IMG/VR virus record: IMGVR_UViG_3300032236_000656
Location: 8,694 to 72,693 of that record
Length of the DNA stretch: 64,000 nucleotides
DNA from: a virus
Strand: one strand, 5' to 3'
The position numbers and the translations under genes were made by a program. This document shows, one piece after another, positions 57,340-64,000 of the stretch. Each line of letters begins with the position of its first letter. Within the stretch, counting starts at the first letter, position 1. The notes under the pieces were generated by a model. It worked only from the letters and a program-made list of their open reading frames with translations, was not told where the DNA came from and ran no database searches.

Positions 57340-60300
57340 TTAATATGTGCCACCATCAAGATCAGCATACACAAGAGCAGTACCAGCACTGTTCATTTGT
57401 AATACCTGTCCGCCAGTTCCTTTAGATAGGATTTGAAGTGTGCCGTCTGATTTACCAACAAGCAAGTCATATGCACTAAAACTTGAGAATCCAGTACCAC
57501 CAGCATATGTAGAAATAGTATTTCCACTCCAAGTACCAGTTGTAATATTACCTAATGTTGTAATACTTGATTGGCCAATATATGTACTGGCGATATCAAT
57601 ATAATCACTTGCTACAGTAATCCTATCGGTCGTTCCACCAATATCAAGTACACCACTTGTATATGTTAAACCATTACCAGCAAGTGTTGCTTTTAATTGT
57701 ATTTGATTGCTGACAATTTCAATACCGCCGCTTGTACTGTTTACGTTGGCTTTGAAAGTTGTACCGTCTAAGTATAGACCTTGATCTGCCAAGTAAGTAC
57801 CAGCACCAGCAAACTGTTGGAATACAATTGAGTCTGAACCAATAGCAACAGCATCAGTTGTTTGTACCCAACCAGTTGAACCGTAACGAGTTCCTTTTAT
57901 AATGAATACGAAGTCGCCGCCATGAACAAGACTTGTGGTGTTGAAATCAATAGTACGAGTTAATATCTTACCAGTTGCATCAATTGTATAGATACCATTT
58001 TGAATTGCACTGGCTTGATCTTTAACTAAAATTCTATCACCTGAGTTAAAATCAACACCAAATGTTTGATTATCAATTAAAGTAATAGCATTCTGTAATG
58101 TTAATGTTGCACCGTCGCCGCTTGTGCCATTGTTATAAGTGACTGTGCCGCCAGTTGTAAGTGCTGCTAATGTATCAGTAGTTGCTACTACTGCAGGTTG
58201 ATGAACATGAAGTCCAGTTGCTATTGCATCAACATAATGCTTTGTAGCAGCATCATATGGGTCTTGTGGATCAACTAGGCTTGTAATTCTTGTATTATGA
58301 ACATCGATAACACCTGTGCCACTTGTTACTAAGTTGATGTTGCCGTTAGTTTGTGTATTGGTGATTTGATCACCACTATAAATCTTAATATTACCAACTT
58401 GGAAACTTGTAAGACCAGTGAATGCAGTTACAGTAGATCCAAGATTTACTACTGTACTACCAATCGTAACATTAGCATTAGCGAGACTGGCATTAGTAAT
58501 ACCACCTGCCTTAAGACTAACTTGAGCATTTGTAATGTCAAAGTTACTTGAACTAAATGAAGCAACACCAACAGTACTTGCTGTAGCATTAGCAACACTT
58601 GTAGTTACAGAAACAGTTGTACCAACCTTAGTAACGTCAGTATTAATTGGTCCTACACCAACAAAGTCTACTGTATCATTTATTAAGGAAACATTAGCAG
58701 TACCACTGTCACCTTGAACATTAAGATAAGCAGCAGTGTCTGGCTTGTTGATTAAATCATTATAGTCGCCGCTTGTAGCAACAGTAGCCAACATTGGCGT
58801 GCCACTTAGGTCGCTATATTGTCCACTAGTAGCAACAGTAGCCAACATTGGCGTGCCACTTAGATCACTGTATTGTCCACTAGTAGCAACTGTGGCAAGC
58901 ATTGGTGTGCCACTTAGGTCGCTATATTGTCCACTAGTAGCAACAGTAGCCAACATTGGCGTGCCACTTAGATCACTGTATTGTCCACTAGTAGCAACTG
59001 TGGCAAGCATTGGCTTGTTTTTAATATAATCTACTTGCCCGGAGTCAGTTTGATTCCAGTCTGATTGAATTTGACTGGCATTTGGAGCGACCCAACTTAA
59101 TATACCAGCCCCGTTTGACTTTAGAACATAACCGTTAGTTGTAGCATCAGCGGCAGGGAATGTATAAGCACTGTTAAAGGTAGTTGTACCATTAGCATTA
59201 AATGCCCATGTATGACCGTTATTAACGACCTTAGTAGTGTTTACTTGATTAGCAGTGACATATCCGTAACCAGAATCGCCGCCAATTTGGGCGCCACCAG
59301 CACCTATTGCTAATACTTGATTTGCATTATCCCAAGTAAGGTTAGTAGAGTCTTGTAATTTAGTACCAGTTGAATCACTTCCAGCAAACGGAACACGAGT
59401 TGCAGTTAACGAGGTTGAATATAAAGTCTTTACTTTAACTGAACTATTACCAGTTTGACCATTGAACATACCTTCACCAACATGCAATATTGTAGTGTCA
59501 GTGTCGTAGGTAAAATTAGTACTATTGATTAACTTGCCATCGCTATTAGTGAAAACAACGGCTTCATTGTTGTTTAATGAACTTACTGTAACATTACCAA
59601 CAGTCATACCGTGTGTTGATGTATTTCCGCTAGTAAGTACTGAATCTAAATTAGTAGCAGCAGATGCCCAACTTAAATTACCAGCACCATCTGTCTTTAG
59701 ATAATAGTTAGCACTGCCATCAGAAGCAGGGAAGGTATAAGAAGCATTATTAAATGATGTAGTACCATTAGCATTAAATGTCCAAGTATGCCCAACTGTT
59801 CCACCAGCACCAGTTTCAATACGAACAGCACTATCACTATTGGTAGTTCCAAGTGCTGGGCCAAATCCAAGATCGCTAACTTTTACATAATTTCCACTAT
59901 AATTACCACCGTTTAAATTAAGATTAGTAATTGTGCCGACATCACCACTTGAATTAAACAGATTAACAGCAGTAGAGCCAATATATGTTGTTGGGGCAGA
60001 CCAAGTAGCAGTGTCGCTGCCATTTGTCTTAAGAATGTAATTGTTTGTGCCAGCACTGCGAGGAAGTGTCCATGTACCAGCAATCTTAACCATGCCAGTG
60101 CCATTTGGATCGAGACTTAAGTTACCATTTGTGGCAGTAGTTGTAATTACATTGTCATAGATGTATGTGTTACCGGCATACCACTTATCAATTTTGCCCG
60201 ACGAATTTAATACAGGAACGCTATTGGCATTTGTTGTTAATGTGCCAGGAACACTAGCATCAATTAATCTTGTATAGTAAAGACCACCAATGGCGCTATG

Positions 60301-60462
60301 TACAGCGGCATCACCAGCAGTTTCAGTGCCTGTACCAATGAATAAACGATCACCAAGTGTGCTAACTGTTCCTGAAGCATAACTGTATGCTAACTCACCT
60401 TGACCCAGAACACTTGGAGATCCTGGATTAGACGAACGCTTAATTTTAATAATTGATGCCAT
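57340..60462 (-). CDS. Tail fibre protein
   Basis: IKIKRS...GELAYS N-terminus, LATVATSG repeats, DAATKHYVD, GDRILVKDQ...NGIY. Confidence 0.8.
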   Translation of the reverse strand: MASIIKIKRSSNPGSPSVLGQGELAYSYASGTVSTLGDRLFIGTGTETAGDAAVHSAIGGLYYTRLIDASVPGTLTTNANSVPVLNSSGKIDKWYAGNTYIYDNVITTTATNGNLSLDPNGTGMVKIAGTWTLPRSAGTNNYILKTNGSDTATWSAPTTYIGSTAVNLFNSSGDVGTITNLNLNGGNYSGNYVKVSDLGFGPALGTTNSDSAVRIETGAGGTVGHTWTFNANGTTSFNNASYTFPASDGSANYYLKTDGAGNLSWASAATNLDSVLTSGNTSTHGMTVGNVTVSSLNNNEAVVFTNSDGKLINSTNFTYDTDTTILHVGEGMFNGQTGNSSVKVKTLYSTSLTATRVPFAGSDSTGTKLQDSTNLTWDNANQVLAIGAGGAQIGGDSGYGYVTANQVNTTKVVNNGHTWAFNANGTTTFNSAYTFPAADATTNGYVLKSNGAGILSWVAPNASQIQSDWNQTDSGQVDYIKNKPMLATVATSGQYSDLSGTPMLATVATSGQYSDLSGTPMLATVATSGQYSDLSGTPMLATVATSGQYSDLSGTPMLATVATSGDYNDLINKPDTAAYLNVQGDSGTANVSLINDTVDFVGVGPINTDVTKVGTTVSVTTSVANATASTVGVASFSSSNFDITNAQVSLKAGGITNASLANANVTIGSTVVNLGSTVTAFTGLTSFQVGNIKIYSGDQITNTQTNGNINLVTSGTGVIDVHNTRITSLVDPQDPYDAATKHYVDAIATGLHVHQPAVVATTDTLAALTTGGTVTYNNGTSGDGATLTLQNAITLIDNQTFGVDFNSGDRILVKDQASAIQNGIYTIDATGKILTRTIDFNTTSLVHGGDFVFIIKGTRYGSTGWVQTTDAVAIGSDSIVFQQFAGAGTYLADQGLYLDGTTFKANVNSTSGGIEIVSNQIQLKATLAGNGLTYTSGVLDIGGTTDRITVASDYIDIASTYIGQSSITTLGNITTGTWSGNTISTYAGGTGFSSFSAYDLLVGKSDGTLQILSKGTGGQVLQMNSAGTALVYADLDGGTY
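58796..59011 (-). repeat. 4 x 54-bp in-frame tandem repeat (ABAB, a 108-bp duplication)
   Basis: Encodes MLATVATSGQYSDLSGTP; the two 108-bp copies differ at one base. Confidence 0.95.
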
Positions 60463-60466
60463 TTTG

Positions 60467-61441
60467 TTAGTAACCCCCGCCGTCTAAATTTATTTGTGCT
60501 GTATCAATTGGTTTAGTTTCCCATCGTTCTTGTCCAGCAGCATATATTAAAGTAACACCATCAACTAACATGGGATCACCTGGTCCTCCTGTGTAGACAT
60601 CTGGGATATCTATAAGTTTATTTATCGCCGTACCGGGCGGATTTGCGTCTACCCAATCGCCGTCTACATAGATTAAAGTTTTATGAACTAATGTATTATA
60701 CCACAAATCACCTGCTATAGGACGTCGTGGAGCAGTATTACCGATCTTAACTCTGAAGTCACCTTGGGGATTTGAATCAACCCAAGTATTGTTATAATAG
60801 ATATATGTTCTTCCTGAATCTGAGTTATACCATAAATCACCAATATAAGCAGTTGTTGGAGCAACTGTTCCCACTGTTGCTCTTGTTGTACCTGATGGAT
60901 TTGAATCGACCCAAGCATCGCCATAGTAGATATAAGTTCTGCCTGCAGTACTATCATACCATAGATCACCAGCAGCAGGATTTATTGGAGCAGTGTCACT
61001 TACCGTAACATGACTATTCCCGCCGCCACCTGATCCTGTTTGATCTTGCCAAGATAAATTACCCGATCCATCAGTTACTAATACTTGATTTGGACTGCCG
61101 TCTTCTGCTGGAAAAGTATAATTAGGAAATGATACTGTGCCATCAGCATTTAATGTTAGTGATACTGTACCATTTGTTAATTGATTTGCTGCCCTTGGTC
61201 CTGCTGTAGCAATGACATATTCAATATCAGTATCAGGATCAGTCCACATAAGACTATTTGTAGTATTATTGTACCAAACACCGCCGGCAACAATGCGGCC
61301 GCCAGGCCTAACACCATCACTAATTCTTATACTGTTAGTATCATTTTCATACCAAAGTCTACCTGCTTGGCCAACTCTAGTTTCACCGTCGCCGTAATTT
61401 TTTCTACTTGTAAAGAGTTCCTGTACGAACTTAGGCAGCAT
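60467..61441 (-). CDS. Tail-fibre-associated protein with three GDLWY...WVDxNP repeats
   Basis: Repeats visible in the translation; VLVTDGSGNLSW; ends LDGGGY. Confidence 0.7.
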   Translation of the reverse strand: MLPKFVQELFTSRKNYGDGETRVGQAGRLWYENDTNSIRISDGVRPGGRIVAGGVWYNNTTNSLMWTDPDTDIEYVIATAGPRAANQLTNGTVSLTLNADGTVSFPNYTFPAEDGSPNQVLVTDGSGNLSWQDQTGSGGGGNSHVTVSDTAPINPAAGDLWYDSTAGRTYIYYGDAWVDSNPSGTTRATVGTVAPTTAYIGDLWYNSDSGRTYIYYNNTWVDSNPQGDFRVKIGNTAPRRPIAGDLWYNTLVHKTLIYVDGDWVDANPPGTAINKLIDIPDVYTGGPGDPMLVDGVTLIYAAGQERWETKPIDTAQINLDGGGY

Positions 61442-61442
61442 T

Positions 61443-61751
61443 TTACTGTCCTGGTATGGCGGGATTACTCGACATTGTAGTTGCGTCTGTTTGATTGGCT
61501 GCTACATCAGCCTTTACTGTGTCTAAATGTTGCTGTAGTGGGGGTGTCCATTTGACTTTACCATCAGATCCTTTTCTATCCGCTGGATCCTTCACTGGTT
61601 CACCAGATGGTTTAATCGCATTTGTATCTGTTACTGAGGCTGTTCCACCATTAATGTTAATGACAATTTGCTGTGGAGGAGGAGCAGAAGTCTGCTTATC
61701 CATAGCATCTACCATCTTAACAAGTTTTTGTATAAACTCAGCAGCCCGCAT
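61443..61751 (-). CDS. Putative head-associated protein (MRAAEF start)
   Basis: ATAAATA (61771-61777, - strand) and SD AAGGTGAG. Confidence 0.6.
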   Translation of the reverse strand: MRAAEFIQKLVKMVDAMDKQTSAPPPQQIVININGGTASVTDTNAIKPSGEPVKDPADRKGSDGKVKWTPPLQQHLDTVKADVAANQTDATTMSSNPAIPGQ

Positions 61752-61779
61752 AATCTCACCTTATTAAAAGTATTTATTA

Positions 61780-62127
61780 CTATTCGGGTCTACGAGATAT
61801 TCCTGCTGAACGTTTCATAATCTCAAGTTCATCAGTCTGATCATTTGCCTCAGGCTCATCGCCGCCGCAACCACAATCTGCTGCGGGTTCTTCTGCCTTT
61901 TGATGTTCAGGTGCTGGAAATAATCCCTTAACTGCGGTACCATCTGTACTGGCTTTGTTATCAACTTTGACTGGAGTTAGGATTGCCATTGACGGAACTT
62001 CAACTTTTTCAATGCCGCCATCATGCTTAGGCTCCATTTCTGGCTCACCCATCTGTGGCTGCTGATCAGACCCAATGTTGTCTAATGCTGTCATAATGCT
62101 TCTGATTAGGTCTTGTGGATTCATCAT
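61780..62127 (-). CDS. Hypothetical acidic protein, possibly head-associated
   Basis: SD AAGGA; C-terminal DELEIMKRSAGI. Confidence 0.6.
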   Translation of the reverse strand: MMNPQDLIRSIMTALDNIGSDQQPQMGEPEMEPKHDGGIEKVEVPSMAILTPVKVDNKASTDGTAVKGLFPAPEHQKAEEPAADCGCGGDEPEANDQTDELEIMKRSAGISRRPE

Positions 62128-62133
62128 CGTTCC

Positions 62134-63999
62134 TTATAGGTCTTCTGTAAAATTAATTGTGCTAATAAGCGAGCCATTGGCACTACCACCATAAGCCAAC
62201 TTAACAACTAATACTAATAAGTCTGAATCTGTATAGTCGATGCTGCTGCCCATGTTTAGGAAGTTCAGTGCTGTCTTCAGATCCAAATTGGCAGTACCAA
62301 CAAAGTAGCCGCCATATAAGTTTACGCCACCACTGACAGTAACACCAGTAGCATACTGATACATCTGGCTTGCTTTGCCAACATTAATGGGAGTAGGAAT
62401 AGTTCCTGACAGTGTGGGATTCAAAATCAAACGATATTGATATACTGGAAACTGTTGACTGTTGACGTTGGCAACGTCAACTACCTGAGCAGCATTTATC
62501 TGTAGGTCTGCTCTCTGATAAGGTTCGCCGTGTCTCAACCCAATACCTAAAAGTGCGAATTCTTGATTTAGCCCTTTGTCATATGCCACAGGAGTAGTAG
62601 TTTGAGCAGTGCCAAATCCAGGATTAATTTCGCTTTGTGTCTCGATAGTAACAGCGGATCCTGCCACAGTCATGCTGGGAAGGAATGAAACAGGAACACC
62701 AGTGTTGACGATCTCCTTGCGATCCATCATTGATGGAGCATTGGTCCATTGTGTGCCAATCTCACCGAATGATTGCTGATGGACGACAACTTTTCCTGCA
62801 TCAGAATAAATGCCGAAACGCACTCTTGCTGTTCTCGTTCCGCTAAAATCAAACCAATATGTATGTGCGTTATGAAATTCTGTGTTAGTCAATACAGCAC
62901 TGCTCACTGAACTATAAGTTCCAGGATAAGCAACATATGCAACATTAGCACGATGGTTTACAGTGTCGATAGCAGTGACCAGGCCAGTGTCATTGAATCC
63001 TGTAGGCGATATGCCGCTGGCAGTTACTTTCTTACCTACTGTTAATCTTGTCTCTTCGCCTGCTGTCAATTGATATGTCACAGAGTAGACATTACCATCA
63101 CCGCTGATAGCAACATTAGCAGTGTTTGTAACTGCGGTAATATTGGCAGTCACAGCAGGTAAGTGCCAGTTATATCCACTGGGTCCTGTGCCATCCATCT
63201 TATCGTGTGTCCATTCAGTATAAGGTGTGCGAGACTCAACTAATGTGCCATCTGTTAGACGACGACGAACAACTGTGTTGATAGTAGTAGCATTTGCTTC
63301 TACGAAAATACCATTGTAATTAGTGAATAATCCGATACGCTTGACCACATTGTTCTGTAGCCCATCCCAGTTAACCATTCCCAACCATTCCATGCTGACA
63401 CCAGGACGAAGTTTGTGTCTGCGTCTGCTGGCACGGATAGCACTGCCTGTAAGTTTAGCATTGGCATTATATGTCTGCCCACTGGTCATGCGAACTGATG
63501 CCAAGTTCTGAATGAATGTGCTGCTGGCGCCTGTGCCTTGGAATGCTTCCTGTAGTCGAAGATCACCGTCTTTATCAACTGTTGGAACATACCACCACTG
63601 TTGTCCTTGAACGCTGACACGCAGTCTGTTAGTTGTATCCATCTGCGTAGTGTCACCATATGTAACATTAGCAGGTGCTGTGTTGCTGTTGAGGATATAG
63701 ACATTGCCGCTCATAGCAGGCATGCTCTTGATGTCTATAGCAGGCATCGTAGTGATACCAGCGATGTTGCCAACAACATTAACTGAGAATGGATTACTAT
63801 TGCTGACCGCACTACCACCAATGCTTATACCAATATTGCCGCTTGTGATAGTTGTGCTGATGGGGAAGTTATTGATATTAGCATACCAAACACCTGCCTG
63901 TGCTGCTTGAACAGCAAATGTTCCATTGTTAGTAACAGCAGGCATACTGTAGATTGACAAGTTACCACTTGTGATAGTTGTGCTGGTGGGGAAATTGTT
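62134..63999 (-). CDS. Virion structural protein (5'-truncated by window edge)
   Basis: Frame stays open to the window end (NNFPTSTTITSGN, repeated internally); beta-rich. Confidence 0.65.
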   Translation of the reverse strand, partial: NNFPTSTTITSGNLSIYSMPAVTNNGTFAVQAAQAGVWYANINNFPISTTITSGNIGISIGGSAVSNSNPFSVNVVGNIAGITTMPAIDIKSMPAMSGNVYILNSNTAPANVTYGDTTQMDTTNRLRVSVQGQQWWYVPTVDKDGDLRLQEAFQGTGASSTFIQNLASVRMTSGQTYNANAKLTGSAIRASRRRHKLRPGVSMEWLGMVNWDGLQNNVVKRIGLFTNYNGIFVEANATTINTVVRRRLTDGTLVESRTPYTEWTHDKMDGTGPSGYNWHLPAVTANITAVTNTANVAISGDGNVYSVTYQLTAGEETRLTVGKKVTASGISPTGFNDTGLVTAIDTVNHRANVAYVAYPGTYSSVSSAVLTNTEFHNAHTYWFDFSGTRTARVRFGIYSDAGKVVVHQQSFGEIGTQWTNAPSMMDRKEIVNTGVPVSFLPSMTVAGSAVTIETQSEINPGFGTAQTTTPVAYDKGLNQEFALLGIGLRHGEPYQRADLQINAAQVVDVANVNSQQFPVYQYRLILNPTLSGTIPTPINVGKASQMYQYATGVTVSGGVNLYGGYFVGTANLDLKTALNFLNMGSSIDYTDSDLLVLVVKLAYGGSANGSLISTINFTEDL

Positions 64000-64000
64000 G

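Noticed and set aside
58796-59011. CRISPR-like array
   Set aside because: Contiguous in-frame coding repeats with no unique spacers; no cas genes in the window
56595-60462. Diversity-generating retroelement suggested by Mtd-like N-termini
   Set aside because: No reverse transcriptase and no TR/VR pair differing at adenines seen in the window
1-64000. Stop-codon reassignment, as in some jumbo phages
   Set aside because: Standard code gives dense full-length genes, and TAA, TAG and TGA all occur at sensible gene ends

Overview
64 kb of a large AT-rich lytic tailed (jumbo) phage genome with T4-like regulatory logic; the host is probably Gram-negative (spanins, outer-membrane beta-barrel), possibly alphaproteobacterial. 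1-44.8 kb is mostly + strand: GroES, clamp loader, PhoH, spanins/holin, DnaJ, ClpA; a block of putative head-packaged proteins sharing an MRxxE N-terminus (ligase-like protein, nucleotidyltransferase/HAD polyprotein, sigma70-region-4 polyprotein); family B DNA polymerase and clamp; a ~13 kb 7-deazaguanine DNA-modification cluster (DpdA-like TGT, DpdL-like, FolE, QueD, QueE, no QueC seen) interleaved with sugar oxidoreductases, a glycosyltransferase, an APS-kinase fusion, a sulfotransferase and a PD-(D/E)xK nuclease; then RNase H, tRNA-Gly and a MoxR-like ATPase. 44.8-64 kb is - strand: large tail-fibre/virion proteins. Best candidates for something new: a possibly glycosylated/sulfated deazaguanine hypermodification, and a protease-processed virion cargo system that includes a sigma70 region 4 mimic. 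All calls come from reading motifs by eye; no database search was run.
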